Shown piece by piece: positions 52,928-63,375 of a DNA stretch of 64,000 nucleotides (within the stretch, counting starts at the first letter, position 1; every line of letters starts with the position of its first letter). The stretch comes from Cyanobacteriota bacterium (GTDB lineage: Bacteria > Cyanobacteriota > Cyanobacteriia > Thermostichales > Thermostichaceae): assembly GCA_033764955.1 (NCBI GenBank), contig JANRIL010000042.1, positions 32,001 to 96,000 on the forward strand. Direction: 5' to 3'. Made by a program: the position numbers and the translations under genes. The notes beneath the pieces are model-generated. The model searched no databases and was not told the DNA's origin. It saw only the letters and a program-made list of their open reading frames with translations.

Positions 52928-53194
52928 ATGCGGTTTCCCTATCAGTTTGATTATCTGGAGGAATCACTTGTGGAACTAGGTCTTAGTCAACGGGAACTCT
53001 CTGACCTTACCCAAAAGTCAGTGCAGTTCATTTTAAGTGGGCGTGAAGGCGAAAGTGAAGCCTTAACCCAGTACAAAGCATCTGCTGAGTTCCGTGCCGG
53101 AGTTCAACTGGCTTGTGCGGCGATGGTCTTGGTTTTAGCCGAAAATAACAGCCGGATTACCGAACAACTACAGGCATCTGGGATCCTCAAGTAG
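52928..53194 (+). CDS. Hypothetical protein (88 aa)
   Basis: ORF co-oriented with and 16 bp upstream of aspA; helical composition. Confidence 0.65.
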   Translation: MRFPYQFDYLEESLVELGLSQRELSDLTQKSVQFILSGREGESEALTQYKASAEFRAGVQLACAAMVLVLAENNSRITEQLQASGILK

Positions 53195-53210
53195 TCAAGA
53201 TGAGCTTGCT

Positions 53211-54638
53211 ATGACCTCACCAGATCACCCACTGGATCATCCATCTGATCATCGAATTGAGCGTGACTCAATGGGGGAGCGGCAGCTTCCCAACCATGTT
53301 TATTACGGGATCCAAACCTTAAGGGCTATCGAAAACTTTCCGATTAGTGGAATCAAGCCCTTGCCCATCTATGTTGACGCCTGTTTGCTGATCAAAAAGG
53401 CTGCTGCTCAAATCAATGCCCATTTGGGTTGCATTCCAGATCAGGTGGGATGGGCGATTGTGCAGGCTGTCGATGATATCTATGGACAGGCTAGCTGGCG
53501 GGATCAATTTGTGGTGGATATCTATCAGGCGGGGGCAGGCACCTCCCACCACATGAATGTCAATGAGGTTTTGGCCAATCGCGCCCTAGAATTGCTGGGA
53601 GATCAAAAGGGCAATTATCAACGCATTAATCCCAATGATCACGTCAACTATGGACAGTCTACCAACGATGTGATTCCGACGGCGATTCGTTTGGCGGCTT
53701 TGCTGACCCTTTATCAACGGCTGCTCCCCACCCTAGTCCGCCTGACTGAAACCCTCCGAGGCAAAGCCCAACAATTTCGAGACATCATCAAGGCAGGACG
53801 CACCCACTTGCAGGACGCCGTTCCGGTGCGCTTGGGAGATGAATTTGCAGCCTATGCCTGGATTATTCAAGATCATCACCGCCTCATCTCCCAGGCTGCT
53901 TTGGAGTTGGAATGGATGGGGCTAGGGGGAAGTGCCGTGGGAACGGGGGTGAATACCCATCCCGAATATCGGGATGATGTAGTGGCTCGCCTAGCCGCCC
54001 TCACAGGATTCAATCTCAAGCCTGCTAATCACTTTATGGCGGCGATGCAAAGCATGGCTCCTTTTGTTCATTTGTCGGGGTGTTTACGCAATCTGGCTCA
54101 AGACAGTCTTAAGATTGCCAATGACCTGCGCCTGATGGATTCAGGGCCGACCACAGGGCTGAAAGAAATTCAACTGCCACCGGTACAGCCGGGATCCTCG
54201 ATTATGCCGGGGAAGTATAACCCTGTCATGGCAGAAATGCTGAATATGGTTTGTTTTCAGGTAATGGGATTAGACAGTGCTATCGGCATGGCGGCACAGG
54301 CTGGACAGTTTGAACTGAACGTGATGATGCCCTTGATTGCCTACGATCTGCTGCACAGTTTAGAGATTCTCAGCAACGCCCTAGAGGCTTTTCGGGAGCG
54401 CTGCCTGGAGGGTATTACGGCGATGCCCCAACGATGCCAAGCTTATGCCGAAAGTACCCTTTCGTTGGTGACGGCTCTCAATCCCCACATTGGTTATCTA
54501 AATGCGGCTGAAGTCGCCAAAACTGCTCTAGCGACCGGGCGCACCATTCGAGAGGTCGTCCTAGAGCGAGGCTTGATGAGTGAGGAGGAACTCGCCACAA
54601 TTTTGGATCTGGCAACCATGAGCCAGAGCTTCTGGTGA
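53211..54638 (+). CDS. aspA: Aspartate ammonia-lyase (fumarase/aspartase superfamily)
   Basis: RIERDSMG, YYGIQTLRA.ENF, QAGAGTS, GRTHLQDA, GSSIMPGKYNP; class II fumarase not excluded. Confidence 0.85.
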   Translation: MTSPDHPLDHPSDHRIERDSMGERQLPNHVYYGIQTLRAIENFPISGIKPLPIYVDACLLIKKAAAQINAHLGCIPDQVGWAIVQAVDDIYGQASWRDQFVVDIYQAGAGTSHHMNVNEVLANRALELLGDQKGNYQRINPNDHVNYGQSTNDVIPTAIRLAALLTLYQRLLPTLVRLTETLRGKAQQFRDIIKAGRTHLQDAVPVRLGDEFAAYAWIIQDHHRLISQAALELEWMGLGGSAVGTGVNTHPEYRDDVVARLAALTGFNLKPANHFMAAMQSMAPFVHLSGCLRNLAQDSLKIANDLRLMDSGPTTGLKEIQLPPVQPGSSIMPGKYNPVMAEMLNMVCFQVMGLDSAIGMAAQAGQFELNVMMPLIAYDLLHSLEILSNALEAFRERCLEGITAMPQRCQAYAESTLSLVTALNPHIGYLNAAEVAKTALATGRTIREVVLERGLMSEEELATILDLATMSQSFW

Positions 54639-54716
54639 GCTTTTAAATTCTCACAGAATTACAGCTTGCTCACGAATTATCTATGACACGCAAGGGATCC
54701 GACTCCCCGCAAATCC

Positions 54717-54762
54717 CTCCTAACAAGAGGGACTTTACATCCGCGTTCCCTCTTGTTAGGAG
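54717..54762. repeat. Perfect 16-bp inverted repeat within a cyanobacterial dispersed-repeat-like element between convergent genes
   Basis: CTCCTAACAAGAGGGA-N14-TCCCTCTTGTTAGGAG. Confidence 0.8.
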
Positions 54763-54961
54763 AAGCTACGGCTATCGCCACGCCGCGGGAAAGGGTAGAT
54801 CTTAGGCCATAACAGACAACTCCTGAATAGGCCATATCGATAAAAAATAGAGGGATCCCACTCCCTAAGTCATGTCTATCTGGCAATAGATGATACGGAT
54901 AGATCATCTAGATCATCGTCCAGATCGTTCATACTGATCATTTTGGGATCCCTAGAGGGGG

Positions 54962-55333
54962 TCAATCATCAACTCGTTCTAGTTTAATGTTGTGATTACC
55001 CAGTTTAATCTCAAACTCATCTCCGGGCTGTAGGTTCATCTTTTTGGTGTAGGCAGCACCGATCAAAAGGTTGCCATTCTTATGAACTGAAACCTTGTAG
55101 GTGGGAGTGCGCCCGCGGGAACCGGATTCATCATTGGCATCGAGATCGACTCCAACCGCTTGAATGAGCGCATTGGTAAATTGCATCAAATTGACTCGTT
55201 CTTGTCCATTCTTGGTCTTGGTAACATAACCACAGGCTCTGGCTTTTTCCTTGCGGTCGGCCTTTTCCATGGATGTGACTTTATCTAAGAGTTCTTGACC
55301 GATGAGGGGCTTACTCTTGGTGTTTGTTGCCAT
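54962..55333 (-). CDS. Cyanobacterial AbrB-like transcriptional regulator (cyAbrB)
   Basis: L.GQELL.KV, ARACGY, RGR.PTY.VSV..NGNLLIGAAYT..M.L.PGDEFEIKLG. Confidence 0.95.
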   Translation of the reverse strand: MATNTKSKPLIGQELLDKVTSMEKADRKEKARACGYVTKTKNGQERVNLMQFTNALIQAVGVDLDANDESGSRGRTPTYKVSVHKNGNLLIGAAYTKKMNLQPGDEFEIKLGNHNIKLERVDD

Positions 55334-55813
55334 ATTGTGAATAACTTAGAGAACAATTGCTAGTTTAACGATAGGGAAGGATCCCAGGCAAGATCACATC
55401 TGCAAAAATCAAATCTTTTTTTGATGAATAACAGTAAAGTTGGTCTTCTGCCGCTAAAACAGCGCAATATAGCACTGCCAAATAGCCTTTAACGCTGATA
55501 AAAGATTTATAATCCTTCCATCAGAGATGTCTGGGATCGGGTTAATTCTGGGCTAGTCTGATTCCTCTCTGAATAAAGAGGGAGATTCTCGTGACGAGGC
55601 GGGCATGAGTGGAGGGTGATAACAGAGTGGCTTTACCGCATTTGAGCCCGGATCCCTAGCCGAAAGTTGGCATCGCTTCTGCATGATTGGATAGGCTGAA
55701 AGTCGCTCTGGGAAACTGCTTATAAAAGGTTAGCCCTGTTTTGCTTGCTTTGCTTTTAGCTCTAGACTCGATAAGTGCGGGTAGGCAACTCATCAGTCAA
55801 GGAGGGTTTTCGG

Positions 55814-57034
55814 GTGAGAGAATTTTGGCAAGGGCGACGAATTTTGGTCGGGGTATGTGGGGGAATTGCCGCCTACAAGACCTGCCAACTCGTTTCGGCT
55901 TTAGCTCAAGAAGAGGCCCAACTGCGGGTTATCCTCACCGGCAGTGGGGAGTCTTTTGTATCCCCTCTTACTTTCGCAGCCCTCAGTCGCCATTCCGCCT
56001 ATACAGATCGGGACTTTTGGCACTACCAATCAGGGCGTCCTTTGCATATTGAGTTGGCAGAATGGGCTGAAGTCATCCTGTTGACTCCACTAACAGCAAA
56101 TACGCTGGCAAAAATTGCCCTCGGTCTGGCCGATAATTTATTAACCAATGTCCTGTTGGCCAGCACTTCTCCGGTTTTACTGGCTCCGGCCATGAATACA
56201 GAAATGTGGAAAGCTCCCCCTGTGCAGCGTCATTGGCAGGATCTATTAAATAATCCGCGCTTCTGGGGTCTGTCACCAACCCGTGGGCGTTTGGCCTGTG
56301 ATTCGGTAGGTGAGGGGCGGATGGCGGAACCAGCATTTTTGCAGGCAGCTTTATTCGCTTTATTGTGGACAAATGGCCAGAAAGATTGGCAGGGGCGGTG
56401 CTTGTTGATCAGTGGAGGAGGCACCCGTGAATCCATCGATAGGGTGCGTTTTATTGGCAATCCTGCCTCCGGTAAAATGGGATTTGCCCTCGCTGAGGCT
56501 GCTATGTTGCGAGGGGCAACCGTGATTTGGATCCATGCTGGGGATCCCTTGCCAGATATTCCGGGAGTGATGGGGCACGTGGTAACCACGGCGTCTGAGA
56601 TGCACCAAGCCCTAGCGGAATACTTCCCGCAGGTAGATCTGTTGATCATGGCGGCGGCGGTGGGGGATGTCCGTCCCCGTTATCCAGCTAGCGGCAAACT
56701 GCCTAAAGCCGATCTGCCTTTATCGTTAGATCTCGAATTGATTCCAGATATCTTGCAGGATTTAGTCAGCCGCAAACGGCCTCAACAAAAAGTCATTGGC
56801 TTTGCTGCCCAAACAGGGGATCCCCTGCCGGCTGCCCTAGAAAAGCTAACCCGCAAAGGCTTGGATGCAATAGTGGCTAACCCCATTGATCAGCCCGATG
56901 CTGGCTTTGCTAGCTCTTTTAACCAGGGGGTTTGGTTGACGGCTAGTGGAGAAAGCCAAGGGATCCCTTATACCAGCAAGCAAGCGATGGCTCACCGCAT
57001 TCTCGATTTGGCTGGGCAACTTGAGAAACCCTAG
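55814..57034 (+). CDS. coaBC: Bifunctional phosphopantothenoylcysteine decarboxylase / ligase
   Basis: GGIAAYK, APAMN, G.GRMAEP, GGTRESID.VRFIGNPASGKMG, GFAAQT; GGAGG before GTG 55814. Confidence 0.96.
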   Translation: MREFWQGRRILVGVCGGIAAYKTCQLVSALAQEEAQLRVILTGSGESFVSPLTFAALSRHSAYTDRDFWHYQSGRPLHIELAEWAEVILLTPLTANTLAKIALGLADNLLTNVLLASTSPVLLAPAMNTEMWKAPPVQRHWQDLLNNPRFWGLSPTRGRLACDSVGEGRMAEPAFLQAALFALLWTNGQKDWQGRCLLISGGGTRESIDRVRFIGNPASGKMGFALAEAAMLRGATVIWIHAGDPLPDIPGVMGHVVTTASEMHQALAEYFPQVDLLIMAAAVGDVRPRYPASGKLPKADLPLSLDLELIPDILQDLVSRKRPQQKVIGFAAQTGDPLPAALEKLTRKGLDAIVANPIDQPDAGFASSFNQGVWLTASGESQGIPYTSKQAMAHRILDLAGQLEKP

Positions 57035-57081
57035 GATTAGGAAGGTTGGCGGGATTGTTTTATTAAGTTCAGATCTTTTAG

Positions 57082-59691
57082 CTAGGCTGGCGTCGCTTCG
57101 TCAGACGGCGATTTGGCTTGGCTTTCTAGGGCGCTCAGACGGCTGAGCAGATCCACATGGGTCTGTTTGAGCTGGGTCAATTCCTCCCGCAGTTGTTGTA
57201 GAGCTGGATCGTTGCCCATTTGGGCTTGCACCTGACGGATGGCTTCCGCGACACGGCGGCTGATCCGACCATCCTGGCTATCCATACTCTGCAAGATGCT
57301 GATGGCTTGGGGGGTTTTCAGTTGGCTCAGGGCTGTCACCACCGCGATTTGGATAAAGAAAAAATCCTCCCGCGCCAGTTCCCGCAACCGCTCGATGATG
57401 CGGGGCTGATCCTGTTGGGAAGCATAGGTTCCCAGAGCGCGAATGGCCGCTAGGCGTAAGGGTTGAGAAGTACCGGAGCTGGTCAGACTGAGCAACACTT
57501 CCAAGGCGGGGGGGGAGTCCTTGAGATGGGCTAGACCCGCCACCACTCCTGCCCGTACCACCTCATTCCAGCCTACTTTCTCGGCTAACGCCTGCCGAAA
57601 GATCTCGACAACCTCTGTCGCTTCCGGTTGCCGCTCCACACTACCACCAGCAATTTTGCCCAGAGCAGTGGCGGCGGCGGCTTCCACCTGATAGCTGGGA
57701 TCCCCGATTTGCAGGAAGGGCCGAATCTGTTCAAAATGGTCACGGCTTTTCTGTTGAGCCAGGGCTTGGATAGCTGCTTTGCGAACCTGCGGGCTAGGGT
57801 CGGCGAGAGCTTGGGATACAACAGCAAATGCCTGTTGCAAGGTGATCGTGCCCAAAGCCCCACAAATCTCTTGCCGCACAGGCCAAAAGGTCTCTTGCCC
57901 TAGCCCTAATTGCAGAGCCTTGACCGCCTCTAATCCACCTTTTTTCGCTATCGCTTGAGCCGCCAGAATCCGCGAAATCGGATCCGGATCCCAGAGCAAT
58001 TGGGCTTTTAGTTCGGGTAGAGCATAGGTCAGTTCTACCGTTTTGAGGGTGTGATTACCGTGATCAAAGCTGATCCATTCTGGTTTAGTTTCTAAAGGAA
58101 AGTAAAAACTCTGTTCCGCCTCTTGAATCCGCACCGTAAAGGATTTGAGACGTTTCCCCTGTTCATAACCAAAAGCAATCGGGATCCGCAGATCAAACAA
58201 CGTATCTGCCCCTTGTGTCTGGGCAACCGTCACTTTCGCTAGCTTAGTTTCGGAATCCCAACTATAAGAAACTTTGTAGTCAGGGTGTCCTCCCCGAAAG
58301 ACATATTGGTCAAATAGGGGAGAGAGATTCTGTCCCGTTGCTTGATCAATAGCACGAAGTAAATCAACCGTTTCCACCGTTTGATGGGCATATTTTTGAA
58401 CAAAGATTTGGATGGCTTTTTTGAATAGATCATCGCCCAATTGCTGGCGAATCATGTGATAGACACATCCACCCTTTTGATAAATGTGACAGTCATACAA
58501 TTCGATGGCATCTTTATAAATGTGAGTGACCATGGGACGGCGATAGCGACTGCGATCTTCCTCCAGATAAGCTTGTTGATCCTGATAGCGATGATAGCTG
58601 GCCTCCTGTTGTCCATTGGCAAATTCTTCCCAAAGCGTCTCCGCATAAGTCGCCATCCCTTCTTTAATCCAGGCGTGAGACCAGTGCTTGATCACCAACA
58701 AATCACCGAACCATTGATGAGCCAACTCATGAGCCACCAAAGATTCTGTCCAAAAATAGTCGAGAGCAGCTCGTTCATCCAGCAAACAGCGATCCGTTAA
58801 CAGTGTGGCTGAGGTGTTTTCCATGCCTCCAAAAATGAAATCAGCTACGCAAACCTGAGCATATTTTGGATAGGGATAGGGATAGCCAAAAACAGTCGAA
58901 AAGAACTCGATCATCGCCGGAGTTTTGCCCATAGAACGGGTCACATCACCGAGACGATTTTTCTCGACATAATAGGTGACAGGTTTTTCTCGCCAGTAAT
59001 CCACCACCTCGGCAAAATCTCCCACTGCCAAAGTCATGAGATAGGTGGGATGAACCTCTTGCTGGTGCCAATGGTAGCGGCTATAGCCATTGGCAAGGGA
59101 TGTTTGGCTAATTAGCGTTCCATTAGAAATAACTCGATAGGGATTCGCTACGGTGACGATGATTTCGGAGGTGGCTAGCTGTCCAGGATAATCGAAACAA
59201 GGAAACCAAAAACGAGAATCTTCATCTTCCCCTTGCGTCCACACTTGCCTGGGTTTGTCAGGATAATCGGAGGTAGGATAAATAAAATAAATTCCCCGTG
59301 TTGGCTGTTCAACTGCGTAGGTAATCGTTAGGGTTAGAAGCTGACCCATTGCTGTTGGTTGAGTCAGGTAAATTTCTAGGATTTTTCCGTCATAGTCAAA
59401 TGTCTGGATTTGTTGGTTAACCTGCACGGCTTGCACATCGAGATGAACCGCATCCAACGTCAAGGTCGTTATCCCCGACCGAATCGGGTTGAGGCGAATT
59501 TGACAGATGCCCGCCACCCGTTGCTGTTCTAAATCAAGAGTGAGATCCAGCCGGATATGCTCTACCTGTCCAGGTCGATCCGGCGTGTAGTGGGGGCGGG
59601 ATCCCGGTAGGGCAAAGGGCTTTGAGTGGCTTTCCCCATCCCCCACAAGTCCAAATGCAGCATGCCAGAGGTGGAAATGGGGTTGGCTCAT
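57082..59691 (-). CDS. pepN: M1-family aminopeptidase with C-terminal HEAT repeats and coiled coil
   Basis: GGMEN, HELAHQWFG...E zinc motif, HEAT repeats; likely start MSQPHF. Confidence 0.93.
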   Translation of the reverse strand: MSQPHFHLWHAAFGLVGDGESHSKPFALPGSRPHYTPDRPGQVEHIRLDLTLDLEQQRVAGICQIRLNPIRSGITTLTLDAVHLDVQAVQVNQQIQTFDYDGKILEIYLTQPTAMGQLLTLTITYAVEQPTRGIYFIYPTSDYPDKPRQVWTQGEDEDSRFWFPCFDYPGQLATSEIIVTVANPYRVISNGTLISQTSLANGYSRYHWHQQEVHPTYLMTLAVGDFAEVVDYWREKPVTYYVEKNRLGDVTRSMGKTPAMIEFFSTVFGYPYPYPKYAQVCVADFIFGGMENTSATLLTDRCLLDERAALDYFWTESLVAHELAHQWFGDLLVIKHWSHAWIKEGMATYAETLWEEFANGQQEASYHRYQDQQAYLEEDRSRYRRPMVTHIYKDAIELYDCHIYQKGGCVYHMIRQQLGDDLFKKAIQIFVQKYAHQTVETVDLLRAIDQATGQNLSPLFDQYVFRGGHPDYKVSYSWDSETKLAKVTVAQTQGADTLFDLRIPIAFGYEQGKRLKSFTVRIQEAEQSFYFPLETKPEWISFDHGNHTLKTVELTYALPELKAQLLWDPDPISRILAAQAIAKKGGLEAVKALQLGLGQETFWPVRQEICGALGTITLQQAFAVVSQALADPSPQVRKAAIQALAQQKSRDHFEQIRPFLQIGDPSYQVEAAAATALGKIAGGSVERQPEATEVVEIFRQALAEKVGWNEVVRAGVVAGLAHLKDSPPALEVLLSLTSSGTSQPLRLAAIRALGTYASQQDQPRIIERLRELAREDFFFIQIAVVTALSQLKTPQAISILQSMDSQDGRISRRVAEAIRQVQAQMGNDPALQQLREELTQLKQTHVDLLSRLSALESQAKSPSDEATPA

Positions 59692-59725
59692 AGGGGGTAA
59701 AGGTGAATCAACGTGCTTTCTAATT

Positions 59726-59763
59726 ATGCCAGCCGTCATGCCAGCCCGTTATGCCAGCCCGCT
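59726..59763. repeat. Three imperfect tandem 12-13 bp repeats ATGCCAGCC(C)G..
   Basis: atgccagccgtc / atgccagcccgtt / atgccagcccgct in the divergent pepN-vWA intergenic region. Confidence 0.85.
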
Positions 59764-59905
59764 TGTCTCTTGGGATAGCCAGGGGATCCTCAAAATGGTC
59801 ATGTTGTTGCGGAATGCGTAACGAAGCCTCCTCTCCCGATCCAGCAGGGCATGATCACGGGCAATGGGATCCCATCACTGCCATATCCCACGGAGGAACT
59901 GAACT

Positions 59906-61723
59906 ATGCGAAACCTTTCATCTCCAGCCCACGGTTTTCCCCGCCTGTTCCTAGGGTTGAGTTTTGGGATCCTCACGTTATCCAGTTGTGTGCCTACTGA
60001 AGAATGGGATGCCGAATTCCCCCCGCCCCTTAGACAAGAGCGCTCAGCGGTTCAGGTTATTCCAGCTATCCCAGGCGCCGGTTCCACCGCATCTGTTGCC
60101 GTTGCTCCCACTCAACAGCCACCCCAGGCCGAATCGAATGCCCTTGACCGTCGGGATCAAGCGCTTTCCCTGGGATCCCTGCACCCTGCTGAGATGCCAC
60201 TCTCCCCTCCGCTCTCCGCAGAAAATAAAGTCAGCCTACCTGCTCCCTACCCCACCCCCCTGATGGAAGGAACAAGCGGCGAGGGCTATCACTCACTACC
60301 AGAACAGGGCTTTCAATTAGCCGCTAATAGCCCCCTTTCCACCTTTGCGATTGATGTCGATACGGCATCCTACAGCAATGTCCGCCGCTTTTTATTGGAT
60401 GGACAAATTCCCCCGGCTGAAGCTGTTCGCATCGAAGAAATGATCAACTACTTCGACTATGACTATCCTGATCCCGAAGGGGATCCCTTTGCTTTAGTTA
60501 CCGAAATATCCCAAACCCCTTGGAACCCACAACACCACTTAGTCCATATTGGGCTACAAGGAAAACGTCTCAATCTCCAGGAGATCCCGGCCAATAATTT
60601 GGTGTTTTTGGTGGATGTTTCTGGTTCGATGGCCGATCCATTAAAGCTGCCACTGCTCAAGTCGGCTTTCCAATCATTAGTCGAGCAACTTCGTCCTCAG
60701 GATCACGTCAGCATCGTAGTCTATGCCGGAGCTGCCGGAGTCGTTTTGGATCCCACTTCGGGCAATCAGAAAAGCGCTATCCTAGCAGCTCTCAATCGTC
60801 TAGAAGCGGGGGGATCCACCGCCGGAGGAGCGGGGATCCAATTGGCTTATGATCTGGCGCGTCAACATTTTATTAAGGGTGGAAACAACCGCGTTATTTT
60901 AGCCACGGATGGTGACTTTAATGTCGGATTGAGCAGTGATTCAGAATTGATCACACTGATTGAAAAGGAACGAAAAGACAATATTTTTTTGACAGTTTTG
61001 GGTTTCGGAACAGGCAATCTTCAGGATGGAAAAATGGAGCAACTGGCTAATCATGGCAATGGTAATTACGCTTATATTGATAGCCTGCAAGAAGCCAAAA
61101 AAGTTGTCGTGAGCGAATTGGGAGCAAACCTAGTCACCCTAGCCAAAGATGTCAAACTGCAAATCGAATTTAACCCCGCCCATGTCAAAGCCTACCGTTT
61201 AATTGGCTATGAAAATCGCCTGTTAGCGAATGAAGACTTTCATGATGATCAAAAAGACGCCGGGGAACTAGGGGCAGGACATTCCGTAACCGCCCTCTAC
61301 GAAATCGTTCCCGTGGGCAGTGAATCCGATGCCCTTCTCCCCTCTGTAGATAGTCTGCGCTACCAACAACCTGTCCCTTCTGCCAAGGTTAGGCAAGAAG
61401 AATTGCTGTGGCTCAAACTACGCTACCAACAGCCCACTGCCACTCAATCTCAGTTGCTAACGGTGGCGTTGCCTAATCAGGTTGCCCCCCTCACTCAAAC
61501 CTCCGATAACTTCCGCTTTTCCGCCGCCGTCGCCGCTTTTGCCATGATCCTCCGGGGATCCCCTTATATTGAGGATACCTCCCTATCAATGGTGGAAGCA
61601 TGGGCTAGTGATAGCCTCGGATCGGATACCGCCGGTTATCGCCGCGAGTTTTTGCAATTGCTGGATCGTTATGCTGAGTTGCGTATGGTGCAAGATCGGA
61701 GCCGCTCAAGATTTCAAGGCTAG
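59906..61723 (+). CDS. YfbK-like vWA domain lipoprotein
   Basis: Lipobox LSSC, PLSTFAIDVDTASY, MIDAS DVSGSM, LATDGDFNVG, YRLIGYENR. Confidence 0.92.
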   Translation: MRNLSSPAHGFPRLFLGLSFGILTLSSCVPTEEWDAEFPPPLRQERSAVQVIPAIPGAGSTASVAVAPTQQPPQAESNALDRRDQALSLGSLHPAEMPLSPPLSAENKVSLPAPYPTPLMEGTSGEGYHSLPEQGFQLAANSPLSTFAIDVDTASYSNVRRFLLDGQIPPAEAVRIEEMINYFDYDYPDPEGDPFALVTEISQTPWNPQHHLVHIGLQGKRLNLQEIPANNLVFLVDVSGSMADPLKLPLLKSAFQSLVEQLRPQDHVSIVVYAGAAGVVLDPTSGNQKSAILAALNRLEAGGSTAGGAGIQLAYDLARQHFIKGGNNRVILATDGDFNVGLSSDSELITLIEKERKDNIFLTVLGFGTGNLQDGKMEQLANHGNGNYAYIDSLQEAKKVVVSELGANLVTLAKDVKLQIEFNPAHVKAYRLIGYENRLLANEDFHDDQKDAGELGAGHSVTALYEIVPVGSESDALLPSVDSLRYQQPVPSAKVRQEELLWLKLRYQQPTATQSQLLTVALPNQVAPLTQTSDNFRFSAAVAAFAMILRGSPYIEDTSLSMVEAWASDSLGSDTAGYRREFLQLLDRYAELRMVQDRSRSRFQG

Positions 61724-62257
61724 CTAGAATTCGCGGGTATCCAGCTTTTCAATCTGGGGACGAATATCATTTAGATCAATATAGCGATCAGTGGCATTTC
61801 GCAGTTCACGGGCAATCATTCCCTCCGTAGAAACCACTGTGATCAGGGTGTTTCGTCCCCTTAATAACTCAATAGCACGTTCAAAATCTCCGTCTCCACT
61901 AAATAAAACCATTTGATTGTATTGATCGACGGTGTTAAACATATCCACAACAATTTCAATATCTAAATTAGCCTTTTGAGAATAACGACCTGAATCTTCA
62001 TCTCGATATTCTTTGAGGAGTTTGGTACGAACCGTAAATCCCAGACTAATCAAGGCATCTCGAAAAGCTCGCTGATCATGTTGATCTTTAATCCCTGTAT
62101 ACCAAAAAGCATTGATCAATTCTACATTAGGGTTTGAACGAGCAAAATGATGGAGAACCCGCCGTGGATCAAAAAACCAGCCATTTTTTTGCTGGGCATA
62201 AAACATATTATTGCCATCGATAAAGATAGAAACTCGATTAACGGGAAAGTGAGTCAT
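61724..62257 (-). CDS. labA: LabA (NYN/DUF88) circadian output protein
   Basis: IFIDGNNMFYAQQKNGWFFDPRRVL, KANLDIEIVVDMF, SGDGDF, ARELRNATD. Confidence 0.9.
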   Translation of the reverse strand: MTHFPVNRVSIFIDGNNMFYAQQKNGWFFDPRRVLHHFARSNPNVELINAFWYTGIKDQHDQRAFRDALISLGFTVRTKLLKEYRDEDSGRYSQKANLDIEIVVDMFNTVDQYNQMVLFSGDGDFERAIELLRGRNTLITVVSTEGMIARELRNATDRYIDLNDIRPQIEKLDTREF

Positions 62258-62388
62258 AATCTTAAAGCCGTGGGTGTGAGAAATAGCGAATCAATTTTCT
62301 AGACTGTTGATCTCAATATCCAGTGAGTAGTCATGAAGCATGAACCCAGCTATTGATAACATCTAACTGGTGATATCTATAACAAGAG

Positions 62389-63375
62389 TTACGTAGCGAG
62401 AGCTGAAGCTGGGATTGAAGCCAACAAAGGAAATCCTTGCTCAGTCCGCTGTTGCACATAAAGCTCAGCTACTCGCCGTGCCATATTTCTGATTCTGCCA
62501 ATATAACGTGTCCGCTCCGTAACCGCGATTACCCCCCGTGCATCTAGCATATTAAAAGTATGCGAGCATTTCAAAACATAGTCAAAGGCAGGCAAAATAG
62601 CATAGACAGGATGAGGGGTGTCCCTCTGATCATTCTGCTTATTAGATAATAAATCGCCAGCTAAATTATCGGCTGAAAACATGTGTAATAATCGTTGAGC
62701 TTCGGCTTCATATTGAGCAAATAATTGCAATAACATTTGTGGATCAGATAGCTCAAAATTATAGCGAGAATGCTCCGCCTCTCCCTGATGGTGAACCTGT
62801 CCATAGGAAACCTTTCCCATAACAGGATGCTCATTCCAAATAATATCGTAGACGGAATTCACATTCTGCAAATACATAGTAAGACGTTCCAATCCGTAGG
62901 TAATTTCCACTGAAACAGGGCGACAATCCAAACCTCCAGCTTGTTGAAAATAGGTAAACTGGGTTACTTCCATGCCATCTAGCCAAACTTCCCAGCCCAC
63001 CCCCCAAGCTCCTAATGTTGGGGATTCCCAGTCATCTTCTACAAAACGAATATCGTGATCGGCAGGGTCAATGCCTAAGCTACGCAGACTGTCTAAATAT
63101 AAATCTAAAATATTGTCTACCGAAGGTTTAATTAAAACCTGATATTGATAATAATGTTGCAGACGATTGGGATTTTCACCGTAACGACCATCGCTGGGAC
63201 GACGACAAGGCTCAACGTAAGCCACTCGCCACGGTTCTGGACCTAAAGCCCGCAGAAACGTATGGGGACTCATCGTACCTGCCCCTTTTTCCATGTCATA
63301 GGGCTGTACGATTAAGCAACCCTCCTGACTCCAAAATTGATGCAGACGAAAAATAAGGTTTTGAAAATTTAACAT
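62389..63375 (-). CDS. glyQ: Glycine--tRNA ligase alpha subunit
   Basis: [56 protein letters not shown]. Confidence 0.98.
   Translation of the reverse strand: MLNFQNLIFRLHQFWSQEGCLIVQPYDMEKGAGTMSPHTFLRALGPEPWRVAYVEPCRRPSDGRYGENPNRLQHYYQYQVLIKPSVDNILDLYLDSLRSLGIDPADHDIRFVEDDWESPTLGAWGVGWEVWLDGMEVTQFTYFQQAGGLDCRPVSVEITYGLERLTMYLQNVNSVYDIIWNEHPVMGKVSYGQVHHQGEAEHSRYNFELSDPQMLLQLFAQYEAEAQRLLHMFSADNLAGDLLSNKQNDQRDTPHPVYAILPAFDYVLKCSHTFNMLDARGVIAVTERTRYIGRIRNMARRVAELYVQQRTEQGFPLLASIPASALAT

Noticed and set aside
54717..54762. attC site (CCTAAC...GTTAGG ends)
   Set aside because: Short perfect hairpin with no extrahelical bases or spacer, and it fits a cyanobacterial dispersed-repeat pattern better.
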